Of a DNA stretch of 64,000 nt, positions 33,642 through 44,559 are shown one piece after another. Within the stretch, counting starts at the first letter, position 1. Each line of letters begins with the position of its first letter. Below the pieces are notes generated by a model. The model was not told the origin of the DNA. It did not search any database and saw nothing but the letters and a program-made list of their open reading frames with translations. Position numbers and translations under genes: made by a program. This stretch comes from Trypanosoma brucei (lineage: Eukaryota): NCBI GenBank assembly GCA_000002445.1, contig CH464491.1:800001-864000 (forward strand), read 5' to 3'.

Positions 33642-34517
33642 TTACCGGTCCGTTCCCTCGCCTGCGGAAAAGGAGTAGCCACCTTCAGCGAACAGGTGAC
33701 GAAACAGTTGAACATTATCCTTTCCGTCAAACTTCATCATCTCTAAGAGTGGATCACTGCCGAAAAGCTTCTTGCTAGTATCCGTCATCACCAGTCGCCC
33801 CGCCTCACGCCTCTCCAGCACGACAATCCCGCAGTTGGGTGGGTTCTTCATCGTTTCAAAGACTTCCATCGGCGCCGAATACCACCGCCCAACAAACAAC
33901 CTAATCAAAAGTCCATGCGATATTATCACAACATTATGATCATCGTCGTCCGGTACCGTAAACGAGGCAGGACCGACGTCGTTGCTACTGCCAGTGATCA
34001 TTTGCTTCCGCGCCGAGAGATAATTTAGTTCCACACGTTCGCGAAAGAGGGAATCGAAAAACTTGGACACGCGGTCGCCGACATCCACACTACTTTCACC
34101 ATCTGGAAATCTGTAGTACGAGCGTCCAAACTCACTACGTTCAGCCCACATCTCGTCCATCTTGTCCAGTGGTTGGAAATTGCCAATCTCCTGCTCCCGC
34201 AACCGCTCGTCCTCGCGCTCACCTTGCACCTGTGACGGCAGTAGACTCTTGCGCACCTCGGTTAGGGTCTGTCTGGTGCGCGTGTACGGAGAATAGTAGA
34301 CGTACAATTTTTCATTCTTTATGATCTTCCGGAGCCTCCGGCCGCACTCGAAGGCCTGCTCGCGGCCCCGCGCCGTCAGCGGTATCTTCCAGTCCGGAAC
34401 CTTGCTATACAATGCGCGATCCACATTTGCCTCGGACTCGCCGTGTCGCACAAGAAGCAGCCGCCGTGGGAGCCAGTAACCACTCGACATATCCAGCTTG
34501 CGCCCACATCGTGACAT
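33642..34517 (-). CDS. Histidine phosphatase (phosphoglycerate-mutase family), with the catalytic RHG motif intact
   Basis: Motifs 'LLLVRHGESEAN', 'SPYTRTRQT' and 'VVIISHGLLIRLF' are present. The track start at 34541 is a TTG. In-frame ATGs lie at 34517 (MSRCG...) and 34490 (MSSGYWLPRRLLLVRHG...); the second would give a more typical N-terminus. Confidence 0.8.
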   Translation of the reverse strand: MSRCGRKLDMSSGYWLPRRLLLVRHGESEANVDRALYSKVPDWKIPLTARGREQAFECGRRLRKIIKNEKLYVYYSPYTRTRQTLTEVRKSLLPSQVQGEREDERLREQEIGNFQPLDKMDEMWAERSEFGRSYYRFPDGESSVDVGDRVSKFFDSLFRERVELNYLSARKQMITGSSNDVGPASFTVPDDDDHNVVIISHGLLIRLFVGRWYSAPMEVFETMKNPPNCGIVVLERREAGRLVMTDTSKKLFGSDPLLEMMKFDGKDNVQLFRHLFAEGGYSFSAGEGTDR

Positions 34518-35972
34518 ATCACAACTCAAGTGCTGGCGCAATGGAGTGTATGGGGAAGCCTATATAAATGGTTCAACCTGCTTTCCTCAATATTGCGCTA
34601 ACAATCTGCTTCACAGCGAAGATAAATTAATCAAAAGAAAATATACTGTTATATTGTTCGGCTTACTTACCCGCACCGGACCAATTTCACAGCTTTCACA
34701 CATTTAGGGTTGGAAGAGACAAGAGCATCCAGTAGAAAGAAGAAGAATCAGGAGTTCATAGTGAAAAGGGTTTTCCGTCATGATGCAAGGATCAAAAATC
34801 CCATCAGCCCCCGGCTAGTGTTTGGGTGTGAGTAATTTACCTACTGTGGAGCCTTCCCACCACGCGGAAGGTATATGAGGCACTACAGTTCCAAACCCAC
34901 AGTAAGCGCGATATCTAACACATTCAACAGTTGAATCATCGGCATATGCGTGTGTACATGTGCATATGCATGTGCGTGGCCCTTAGAGCTTTTCCTTCAC
35001 ATGTACTACCAAGTTGAAAGGCAAAGGGAAAGAGATGCGAAACAATAAGGCAAAACAATGGCATAAAAGTGAAACACAGAATTAGTATGTGACACACAAG
35101 GGGAAGAAGCAGGCACCACTGTCGGCAGTTGCGCATAACAGCGTGTTGAAGATAATCGGTGATAGACAACCCACTGAGAACTTTCCGTACAAGCTCTCCT
35201 GGAGACAAGGGAAACAAGACAAAGTCAAGAAAGAATAACCTTTAAAAATGGCCGCTCAGTTTAGACTCATAGTCAGACAAATAAAGAAAAAAAAATACCT
35301 GGACATTGCTTTACCGTTTGCTCACCCAGCTTTTGTCATCACTGTAGATGAAAAGACTGCTATCCTTTCCTTCGCTAGCTTTGCCCCACTTGTTCTCATT
35401 CTTCAACTTCCATTTGTTACGGGTGCCACACACAACATATGATAGTCGCGGGTAGTGAAAGGTCACCGAAAAAACTTTGCATGAGAACACGTAAAAACGA
35501 AAAAATTGAAGGGAAGGGAAAGAAAAGTGGCAGGGGTGGCATTTGGTTAAGTTTTCTGAAGGGTCAAACCCTAACCCATTCGTTCCATAGACACGTCTTA
35601 CTTTCACTTCTCTGTCTCTTTCCTGCTACTTTGCTGTACATAAGGTGGAATTTGGAAATGTAAAATAGCGTGCGCAGAAAAAAAAAAAGAAAGGCACATA
35701 TATCAAACAACCAAGCAACTACAGTTTCTACTCGGCGACGGCCACTTTACACACAACTACGTATTGTGGATAGATAAGGGATGAGTGAATGAATGAGGAG
35801 AAGCGAACTTATTCTGCATAATAATAATAATATTAATAATAATAATACAGACCATGACAACGGATAACGCCCCGCCTCTTCCCCTTGCATCTCATGTCAC
35901 CCCTCCCCCGCTCCACTCCGCATGCTCCACATGTACAGTTCGAGCGAGCTTCCCACCCTATTCCATGCCTAA

Positions 35973-36338
35973 CTAAGCGAGGTCGGTATCCGCACCAGCG
36001 GCCTCAAGTTTTTCCTTAATATCATTCATAAAGGGCATGATGCGCTCGCGCTGGATGCGAAGGTTGGCAACAGCTTCCTCACCCTCCATTACTGTTCCAT
36101 CATCATCCCAAAGGTCTGTGCAATCCTGCACGTACTGGTTTTTCGTACCGTACCGCTCGAAAACAAAGTATCGAATGGCCAATGCCTGGACGAGGATCAC
36201 ACTGCAGGTGATCTTCAGTAGCGTCTTCATAGTAGCACCACTGATGCCCGTTTCACCAGGATTAGGGTAAAAGTACGTGCGTGCACCGGCGGCGGCGGTG
36301 CGTGCAAGTGGAGTGGAGCAAACGCAACGGCGGAGCAT
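35973..36338 (-). CDS. Small hypothetical protein (121 aa) with a presequence-like N-terminus (MLRRCVCSTPLARTAAAGAR), one TM segment and an acidic C-terminus
   Basis: Starts at an ATG, has coding-like composition and fills a gap between flanking genes. No family was recognised. An alternative start is at the internal Met MKTLLK. Confidence 0.4.
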   Translation of the reverse strand: MLRRCVCSTPLARTAAAGARTYFYPNPGETGISGATMKTLLKITCSVILVQALAIRYFVFERYGTKNQYVQDCTDLWDDDGTVMEGEEAVANLRIQRERIMPFMNDIKEKLEAAGADTDLA

Positions 36339-36695
36339 CTTCGTCTGGTATGTCTCTGCCTTGTTATTGTTTTTTTTTTTGATGAAGCTGATGTCTGTAC
36401 ACTGTTAGTAACTGTACAAACTCTTTCCTAACGCTACTACTAAATGTATCACGAAAAATACTACCTTCTATTTTCTTTTTTCTCGATATATGCTATCTCT
36501 TTGTGTATGCGGTTTAACCCTGTTGAGAACAAAGAAATTGTAAAGGGGTGAAACCGAGCTACCGTTTGCAACACGTTCCCAAGCGGACAGGTGTTCCCCC
36601 AAAATATGATCTCAGGAGCAGAGTGCGGCGAAGGGTGAAAAAAGTTAGAATAGAGTGAGTACGTATATATAATTACTCGGCATTAACCTTTTACT

Positions 36696-37823
36696 TTAGT
36701 CGAGTTCATCACCGCTAGTCATAACGTAGGCGTCGACGATATCGTCCAGAAGCGGCAGCACATGTTCGTTAAGGAATTTGCAGGTGTCAGCCTGAACCTT
36801 ACCCGCAGTTACCGATGCCTGAAGATGTTTCTTTGCATTTAACTCTTCTAGTAGCCCAATACCCGCCTCGGTTTGCATGAGATTCGCAGTAATTTCCGCG
36901 AGCAGCATCTCGATTTCCCCAATGTGTTCAGCGCCATCACTCAGGCGCTCAACACACACACGAAGGCAGCGGCTGCGCAGAATCCCAGGGTGTCGCTCAC
37001 GCTGGAAACTGCAGTTGCGAAAACACTGTGCTGCCAGCAACCGATGCCGCGGGTTCAAGGAACTAAGACAGTCTGAAAGAGCCATTAACCAGTCGTCATC
37101 TTCCAGCAGAAGCTCCTGTCCGTCTGCTACGCGCGTGACGTTTAGTAAGATCTGCAAAATCCACCGCTGAAGGTCACGGGGAACTGTCTTGTTCAACTCC
37201 TCACTCTTGTTTCCGCCACTGTTACTACGAACCGCATCCCCCTCGCTAAGTTTCTTGTTGTCATCTCCCCCATCTTCCTGCTGCTGCTCCCCAGCTACAG
37301 CAACCTCAACACTGCAACCATCGTCAACAGTAAATCGGGTGTAATATGTCAGCAACTTTCCCAAGTAAAATCCACGAAGATCTTCATCAGTCACCTGCAA
37401 CAGATCATCTACCGCGCTCACGTGACTTGCCGTCAGGTTGCTTAGGAGCATCAACGTCATTTCCTCCAACCCCCGCTGGAGCGACTGGGGATGATCAGAG
37501 GCCTCAACGCTGTCAATAAGTCGCATAGCCCTGCGCACAACCTTCTGGGTCACAAGAACCTCCGTGCATGTGCCATCCGCGGCGCAGTTGATGAGTACAG
37601 TCAAGACATCCCCCAACAAGGCGACGCTTCCCGCGTGCAAAAACTGGAGCAAGACGTCAATGCAACGGGGGCCGTGCGTAGAAGATGCGAGGAGAGCAAA
37701 GAGCTCCTTGTTGTCTTTGCTCTGTTGTGCAAGTCCCTGGACAGCCATTTTGCGCACATCCTCGCGTCCACTGCTAATGAACCCGAAGACCTCTACGAGT
37801 TCCGTCTCGCAGTCATCGCCCAT
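36696..37823 (-). CDS. HGH1: ARM/HEAT-like protein, probable HGH1 (FAM203) homologue
   Basis: 'HRLLAAQCFRNCSFQRERHPGIL' resembles human HGH1 'VRRGGVVGTLRNCCFEHRHHEWLL', and the N-terminal 'VRKMAVQGLAQQ' resembles 'LQAAAVRHVLAL'. The length (375 aa) is similar. The ORF starts at an ATG. Confidence 0.5.
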   Translation of the reverse strand: MGDDCETELVEVFGFISSGREDVRKMAVQGLAQQSKDNKELFALLASSTHGPRCIDVLLQFLHAGSVALLGDVLTVLINCAADGTCTEVLVTQKVVRRAMRLIDSVEASDHPQSLQRGLEEMTLMLLSNLTASHVSAVDDLLQVTDEDLRGFYLGKLLTYYTRFTVDDGCSVEVAVAGEQQQEDGGDDNKKLSEGDAVRSNSGGNKSEELNKTVPRDLQRWILQILLNVTRVADGQELLLEDDDWLMALSDCLSSLNPRHRLLAAQCFRNCSFQRERHPGILRSRCLRVCVERLSDGAEHIGEIEMLLAEITANLMQTEAGIGLLEELNAKKHLQASVTAGKVQADTCKFLNEHVLPLLDDIVDAYVMTSGDELD

Positions 37824-38466
37824 TTTCCCGATTTCCTCACACCTTCACTACTTCGTTTCTTCGCTCTTGGTGGAAGCAGCGTACGAGCAGATTGATAACG
37901 ATGAACGGTAACGAGAGAGTGCTAATAAATAAAAAGGTACAAAATTGGGAGAAGCGATGCGATGGGCGAACTGCCTGCGGTGGCAGTATATGTGCCCAAC
38001 AACAAAATCTACCACCCGATTTCCACGCTTAACGAACGGTGAGAGTGGTGGGACAAAAAGGGTGAAAAAGGGAGCAACCCAGCAAGAGACTGAACCAACA
38101 ATGCGGACGGGGCCTTGCACACCGCGGCTTTCCTACCCTCACAATACAGAACACAGCAGCGGAGGAACAAACGGGAGGAAAAACAAAGTGGGATTAGCGA
38201 ACCTAATGTGAACACCAGCCCCATTCTTGCGTCTAGCCATGCATTTCGCCCTTATTTTGTTACACGTACCCTTTCCAACTCACAAACAGGCGCCCAGGAG
38301 GCCCTTGTAAGCACCCGCAGACACATGTATGTATACAAATGTGTATACGTGCACGCATCCGTGCGCTCAGGGAAAGAGATCAAAAGAGTGAATAAGGCCA
38401 CCCACATCCTTCTGAGCTACATCAAGCGTACGAGCACCTCTTACCGTCTTATCTCCACCCCACACG

Positions 38467-40857
38467 TCACCATTTCGGTTGTGATGTCACAAAAAGCTGC
38501 TGTTGTGTTACAGCAACCTTTTTCGCCTCTTCCACTAAAAGATCATGCGCCTTCTGCCCGCATGCCATACGCAATGACCGCACTGCGGCGAAAAGATCCC
38601 GAGCGCTCTGCTGGGGCATGAGGGACGGCTCTACATAACCCGAGTCGTTTATCTGTTCAATAAGTTCAAAGACATGGCGCAGATACTCCACAATAACAGA
38701 GCTCCTCGATGCGGCAAGCCGAACGGAAAGCACAACCTCCTCTACGAAAACTTGCAGAAGCCATGTGACAGCAGTGACGCACGAACGGCTTCGGTGCACA
38801 ACAGCCCCGCCGTATGTAAGGGCCTTTCGTGCCAAGCTGTGCAGCTCACGCATAAGCGCAGCCTCGTCCTGCACCAACTGGAACTCAAGCGTACGGTCTG
38901 TCCCACCAAGAGCCAAGTCGAGTCGCGCAGTAGTCTTCGCGTGCTGGTCCGCTGCCGTCCGCAAAGCAGCAAACGTCATCCAAAAGTGCGACTCAGCGAG
39001 CTCCATTTCAGTGGGTGTGGCCGACAGGGCAATGCTATCCCTTCGGAGGTTTGGTAGGATAGTTCGACGTATTATCCCTGCCACGTCTGTAATAGCGTCC
39101 AGCTCCGCGCGTGGTTCCGCCAACCAGAAAGAGCCACAGGCCTCGAGTGAGTGACGCAAGGCGACGATGAAGTCGTCAGGTGAATCCGCATGCATCGCCC
39201 GCCACATCACAGCCTCTGCAAGGGGATTATGCGTCAGCAGGGTGGCGGGTTCCACCTTCTGGTTCAGCAACCGCATCACCTCGTCGTGTACTTCACTCAC
39301 TGGATCAGCCTTACAAAACATCTGTACCAGCTTTTCTTCTAGAGCTTCCACCTCTTCCCGTTTGGTTAGCTGCAGCTCTCGGCACCTACACGCAACAAGG
39401 AACGCAGCGTACACCGAGGCTCGCTGCCGTGCATCACGCAGACGTAAGTTCATCGCAATTACCGCCCTCATTGCGTCCTGTGGCGCGTAATGTGGAAGCT
39501 GCACAAGACTTTCGGCATATCGAGTGAGAGCCTCGGCAAGGCTAGTCGAGTACACTTGTACAGAACGTGAGTGTAACGCCTCACTGTACGCTGTATCAAG
39601 GCACAGTAACAAGTGGGAAACCAACCTAACGCCATTAGGGTCGCTTTGAGCAACACCTTTGACTCTGCTCAAATCATTCAACACATTTGTCCAATCCGCG
39701 TTGTCGGAGGAAAGAAAGTGAAGAATGACGCGCATTTGTAGCTTTTCCTCAAACGACACTGTGGCAAAGTAACTACTCTCAAGTCTATCGGCAAGACGAC
39801 GCACTACTGACTGTGCCGTTTCGTCTTGCCAAGAGTCATGCGATCCAGTGAGTCGCTCTACCAGAGCCCCATATGGTGCCTGGACATTATGGCGTGCAGC
39901 CATCAGCGTCTTTGTAAAGCACAGCACCAGTGCAGAGCGAAGGTGACACCACACCACGTCCTTCCAGTTTCCCGTAGCGAAGGCTGGCTCCATAACATCC
40001 AGGTTGCCGCACAGCACTGCCGCAATAAGCCCATCCAAGCCTCCGCCTGCTGTTTGTCCCTCACTTGATGTGGAAAGGGCCACAGAGTCTTCATACAGCT
40101 GAGAAAGATTATCAAGTCGGTGCTCATTGCACGCCCACTCCAGATCCACCTCCCCGTTGCCGTATTCCCCGAATAAGGGCACCAAAGGTGTTGCGTTAAA
40201 CCACGGTTCTGCCACCGTTTGCATCTGCGCGGCGCTCAGCAGGCAGCTGTACATGCAGTCTTTGGCCGTCACTGACAAATCTATGGCACGGTGAAGCTCA
40301 CCACCGCGTAAGCACGATAGAACAATCTGTCGCAGCAGCACAGCCTCTTCAGGGGTGCGAGACGAAGCCAACTTCAGGGGTGCGTTCCCGGTGCGGTAAA
40401 CCCGCTCCAGCCACCGGATAATAATGTTCATACGGCGGAGCAACGGTTGACGCTGCAGCAAGTCTTGGATATGGGCTTGATGAGAAACGTACCACTGCCT
40501 ATGGGGCTGTACTTTCGCTATGCCAATAGCATCGGGGTTGTACTTCACAGCTTGTTCCGCATCCAGTAGAAGTTCTAATAGCAAACTCCACAAATTAGAC
40601 TCCTCCACACGATTATCTCGTTTGGACCACCGCATGAACTGATCGGCTGTAAAGACAGAACGAACCACGGAGCCAAGATAAACTTCGGCAAAAGCCCGCG
40701 ATGGGTGCGCCGAAGTGCTGTTCGTGTCGTTTGCAGCTCCAGTGTCCAACCAATTATCGTGGACAGCAAATATAGAGCCACGATCATAAATACTGACCTT
40801 CTCACCAAGTGGCGGCAACTCCACCATGCCATGCTGCTGCTCAAATGTTGTCAGCAT
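38467..40857 (-). CDS. Hypothetical alpha-helical (solenoid-like) protein, 796 aa
   Basis: The track start at 40887 is a GTG; the first ATG is at 40857 (MLTTFEQQHG...). The ORF is long and coding-like with helical-repeat character. No confident family; I considered but cannot support a Nup107/Nup84-type scaffold. Confidence 0.65.
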   Translation of the reverse strand: MLTTFEQQHGMVELPPLGEKVSIYDRGSIFAVHDNWLDTGAANDTNSTSAHPSRAFAEVYLGSVVRSVFTADQFMRWSKRDNRVEESNLWSLLLELLLDAEQAVKYNPDAIGIAKVQPHRQWYVSHQAHIQDLLQRQPLLRRMNIIIRWLERVYRTGNAPLKLASSRTPEEAVLLRQIVLSCLRGGELHRAIDLSVTAKDCMYSCLLSAAQMQTVAEPWFNATPLVPLFGEYGNGEVDLEWACNEHRLDNLSQLYEDSVALSTSSEGQTAGGGLDGLIAAVLCGNLDVMEPAFATGNWKDVVWCHLRSALVLCFTKTLMAARHNVQAPYGALVERLTGSHDSWQDETAQSVVRRLADRLESSYFATVSFEEKLQMRVILHFLSSDNADWTNVLNDLSRVKGVAQSDPNGVRLVSHLLLCLDTAYSEALHSRSVQVYSTSLAEALTRYAESLVQLPHYAPQDAMRAVIAMNLRLRDARQRASVYAAFLVACRCRELQLTKREEVEALEEKLVQMFCKADPVSEVHDEVMRLLNQKVEPATLLTHNPLAEAVMWRAMHADSPDDFIVALRHSLEACGSFWLAEPRAELDAITDVAGIIRRTILPNLRRDSIALSATPTEMELAESHFWMTFAALRTAADQHAKTTARLDLALGGTDRTLEFQLVQDEAALMRELHSLARKALTYGGAVVHRSRSCVTAVTWLLQVFVEEVVLSVRLAASRSSVIVEYLRHVFELIEQINDSGYVEPSLMPQQSARDLFAAVRSLRMACGQKAHDLLVEEAKKVAVTQQQLFVTSQPKW

Positions 40858-41259
40858 GTCTTTAAGTGTCGTCGGCTTTCCTTCCACTATCCCCGTTGAC
40901 TGCCGCGGTTAAGCCGCTTTTCCACCTTCTTCACCTATTGTATACTCACGAGTCTGTTGTTTACCCACTATTTTCACACACGTGCGCGACGTCGAACAAC
41001 AAAAAAAAGGGGGAAAACTCTTTTTTCAAAAGGTAAAACACCCCAAGTTAAAAAGATATGCTTTACGGATGGCAGAGTTTTAAAAAAAGAAAAGGTGCAA
41101 CCACGCACTCATAATCACATATATGCATGACAGCAACGGCTACACTACTTTTTGTAGCGAGAACGGTGCAGCCAATGATGACGCCCCATCGGAAAAACTA
41201 CGCTGAAATGTGATGACACCGAAGTAGCCACATTCCGGACCCAATGAACGGCTCCCTCA

Positions 41260-41586
41260 TTAAAGTGCTTTCATTTCAGATTCTTCCCCCGATCCGCCCA
41301 GAAGTAGCCGCTCATAATCCTTTGCTGGTGGGACTTTATCACTCATAGGTGGTCCATTCCAAACTTCTTCAATCGGTCTGACGCGCTCCCACGCGAACCC
41401 AAGCGCGACCCGCCGCTTCACCGCTTCCTCATCACTAATCTTACCATCAAGGGTGGTGCTCACTACAACCTTGGAAAGTGACGGGAAGGTGCTCATAGGC
41501 GGTTCGCGTCTTTCCAGGTACCGCGGCTGATACCAACCGAACTGCGGACTAACATCTGAAACGCTAGCATCAGGAAGAGCACTCAT
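41260..41586 (-). CDS. Small hypothetical protein, 108 aa
   Basis: Starts at an ATG and occupies the gap between two longer genes with coding-like composition. No motif was recognised. Confidence 0.4.
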   Translation of the reverse strand: MSALPDASVSDVSPQFGWYQPRYLERREPPMSTFPSLSKVVVSTTLDGKISDEEAVKRRVALGFAWERVRPIEEVWNGPPMSDKVPPAKDYERLLLGGSGEESEMKAL

Positions 41587-41679
41587 TGCTAGAGATGATC
41601 CCTCTACGTCTCACCTTCCCTTCTCGTCACGCTCTGTAATACACATGAAAAAGAAAGAAGTTTCCACGAATGAGTTCAA

Positions 41680-41700
41680 CATATATATATATATATATAT
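41680..41700. repeat. (AT)10 microsatellite
   Basis: Read directly. Confidence 0.9.
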
Positions 41701-42087
41701 AAAGTTGTGAGGCAATGTCACCATACATGCAACCACACGTCCTCTCACAAGAGAGGAAAAGGGAAAAGCAGCTTAAGTACGTGTATATGTGTTTGGCATC
41801 AGTTTGAGAAGTTCCAACCACAGCACGTCAAACTTCACTTCGTATGCTGAGTGTCCGTTGATTGCCGCGCGACACGCCATTGCAGAGACCGGTGGAAATT
41901 CTCCACAATTGGGGAACGACGACGCCACACAGCAAAGCAAGGGGAAATCTCTATCCTTGAAAAAAAAACTGTGTATATTTATGAATATAACGTATAGAAC
42001 ATGCGCAAAACTGCATCAGCCATGTCAACAAAAAAAGGGCAAAACTGTAGCTTCGTGGTGGGGGTACATCAGAATCTATACCACTAC

Positions 42088-44064
42088 TCATAAAAGACCA
42101 CTGAGGTTAAGGAGTAGTTTCTCAACTACATCGGCTATTTGGTCCGTGTAGTTTGTGCCTTCTGGAGATTGACTGTTTGCAGAAGCTTGGAAATGCCTCA
42201 ACTCTCTCTCCTTCTCCAGGGCAATAGTTTCCGCGCGCGTGTACCTCGCGGTGTGCTGCAGCAGCATCTTTGTAAGTTCCGGATCTGCAGCAACCTGACA
42301 ACTGTCGGCTGCAGTAAGGTTCAGCAGCACACCAAAGCAATTGTACACAACGCGTGGGTCTTCATGACCAAGAAATACGACGCAAACCTCATCACATCGG
42401 TTCGATTCCATCCAATCACGCCCAGCATTAGTGAGACAAATGTTGCCCAGGACCCGGGTTGCCTCAACCGTTGCTTCGGTATCCCCATCAAAGAGGACGC
42501 CAGCAAGCATCGGTCCAAGAGTTTCGTACAACTGCTGGAGTTCCGCAGGGCCACCCTCGCTCTTTTCGAGGGAAGTAAAGAAAAATGAAAGATTGCTTAA
42601 GCACATCAGCGTATATATAAAGGTAAGGTGCCACTTCGCGACGTCAAAATCCTTGAGAAATCCCACCAAGAGCGGAGTTATCTTGCGAACGAACGCTGTC
42701 GAGCACCCAGGGCTCATTAATGCAACACCTACGAGCCATGTGACACTTTGCAGAAGATCTTCCTGCTCCGGATCCTCGAAATTCTGCGCGACCGGCTCGT
42801 CTTCCTTACCGTCCACTTTGAGCTGGGCAATGTGCGTCTGCACTAGCCGAAGCAATATTTGGTGATGGTTCTCCATGAACCAATCTCGCATTTCTTTACT
42901 GCATTCTACAAGACGTGCCAATACGCTGCACAACCGGGTGACTATTATGCCCCCCACCTCCATGCTTGACTCAAGCGCAGCAACCACCACGCGGCAAGTC
43001 CGAATGTTTTCCCGGTAGTGCTCCAAACAGGTATCGTTGAAGACTGTTTTGGACATTGTTCGTGCCGCGGCCTGTACGACGTCCATATCATCACGGAAGT
43101 GATCAAGCGTATCAATGACGCGGTCGAGGGAGCCAAGCTTTCGCAGGTGATGAGAGTACCCAGCACTGAAGTCCCGGAAGAGCAAACAGGTGGACGAAAG
43201 TAAAGAGCGGATCAGATTTTTATTTGCTGGAGAAACCTCGGGTTGAGGAGGAGACGATGAGTTTTGAAACAACTGTATAATGCGCTCCACCAGGGAATTT
43301 GTGCTGGGGATGGTTCCTAGGGTGACCATCTGAGATAGCATTGCCTCACTGCTACTGCACGAACGAAGCGCCTCAAGCGCATCCCACAACACGCAGGGCT
43401 GGCAAAGTAGAAGTTCATCATTTTTCAGCAGTTGTACAAGTGGTTGTAAGAGCGATTCCCGCACAACAACCTCCTCAAGTGATTGACCTTCAAGCCCAAC
43501 TTCACATAGCTCGTGCAAACGGCGTGTAACTACCGGAAGGGAGGGAAACCTATTAACATCGCAGTAGCGCAAAAGAATAGACGCTGCACACACCGACACT
43601 TGCGCGTCCGTCTTCGGGGACAACACAATATCCACCAAACGCCCAGTTAATGTGTCCCACAGAACGTGCTGGGGTTCACACAACCAGCGCTTTAACTGGT
43701 TAAGTTGCTCGAGTTGTTGTGGCGGTGCATCTTTCGCACTATCAAGAGAAGTAACAAACGCTATGGGATCCATCCGTTGCTGGTTAGTAGTTAACTTTGG
43801 CGGGTCGTTTCCACTAGTTGGGTTGAGTGCGGTGAGACGAGTTACGCGCTTGGGAGCGAACTTTGGTTGGGTCCTTGGTGGAGTGTTCGGTGGCCGCTGC
43901 TCGCGAATGACAGCACGCGCATCGCGCAAAAGACGCACAACACGCGACCCAACAACTGCTATCTCTGGATCTGATCCCTCTAAAGGTGGTGGCGCAGGGG
44001 GACGAGTTAGCGTACACACAGGTTTGCCCCCATCTGCCCTCCGCCCAACAGGGCGCGGTCTCAT
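42088..44064 (-). CDS. Armadillo/HEAT-repeat hypothetical protein, 658 aa, with a basic Pro-rich N-terminus
   Basis: Long ORF from an ATG at 44064 with repeated helical ARM-like units (LVQLLKND..., LEALRS...). An alternative internal start is at MDPIAFVTSL. Confidence 0.7.
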   Translation of the reverse strand: MRPRPVGRRADGGKPVCTLTRPPAPPPLEGSDPEIAVVGSRVVRLLRDARAVIREQRPPNTPPRTQPKFAPKRVTRLTALNPTSGNDPPKLTTNQQRMDPIAFVTSLDSAKDAPPQQLEQLNQLKRWLCEPQHVLWDTLTGRLVDIVLSPKTDAQVSVCAASILLRYCDVNRFPSLPVVTRRLHELCEVGLEGQSLEEVVVRESLLQPLVQLLKNDELLLCQPCVLWDALEALRSCSSSEAMLSQMVTLGTIPSTNSLVERIIQLFQNSSSPPQPEVSPANKNLIRSLLSSTCLLFRDFSAGYSHHLRKLGSLDRVIDTLDHFRDDMDVVQAAARTMSKTVFNDTCLEHYRENIRTCRVVVAALESSMEVGGIIVTRLCSVLARLVECSKEMRDWFMENHHQILLRLVQTHIAQLKVDGKEDEPVAQNFEDPEQEDLLQSVTWLVGVALMSPGCSTAFVRKITPLLVGFLKDFDVAKWHLTFIYTLMCLSNLSFFFTSLEKSEGGPAELQQLYETLGPMLAGVLFDGDTEATVEATRVLGNICLTNAGRDWMESNRCDEVCVVFLGHEDPRVVYNCFGVLLNLTAADSCQVAADPELTKMLLQHTARYTRAETIALEKERELRHFQASANSQSPEGTNYTDQIADVVEKLLLNLSGLL

Positions 44065-44559
44065 TACAGGCGGTGCCTATTTTGTTTCCCTTAATCTCCT
44101 ACTCGTACTACGTCTCTGCTTCCCAACTTCCAGTTTTACTGGTGGTCGGTCAAGAACTAAAACCTGAGAGGGGCCCCTTTTGGTGGTCAGGTAGCGAAAA
44201 ACAGCAACGGTTGCTGCCTGACCCCCCCCCAAAAAAAAAAATCGCTTAAAGGATATCAAAAAGAGAACCCGAAGAGGAGGTGGAAGGTTGAGACCCTATC
44301 TTGCACAACAGCAACTAATATGCATACAGTTTACGGCATCACACAAGCAATTTAAGATGGGGCGAAACTATATTCACGGTCGGCGGGAGCAGAAAGATGA
44401 GCAAGCCCTCTCCAAGGAACCTCAGGCACCGTCCTTCTCCTATTTCCCACAAATCAACCTCGGTCAAGCCATTCACCAGGGCGCAATGTCGGAAGAAGGG
44501 CACGTGTAGAAACGCAAGGGTTGGAGCCACTACACTTCCCAAGGTAAACGGGTGGTCAA

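Noticed and set aside
38467-40857. Assigning the 796-aa helical protein to the Nup107/Nup84 nucleoporin family.
   Set aside because: The assignment rests only on size and a general alpha-solenoid impression. I could not recall or match any family-specific motif, so I left it as hypothetical.
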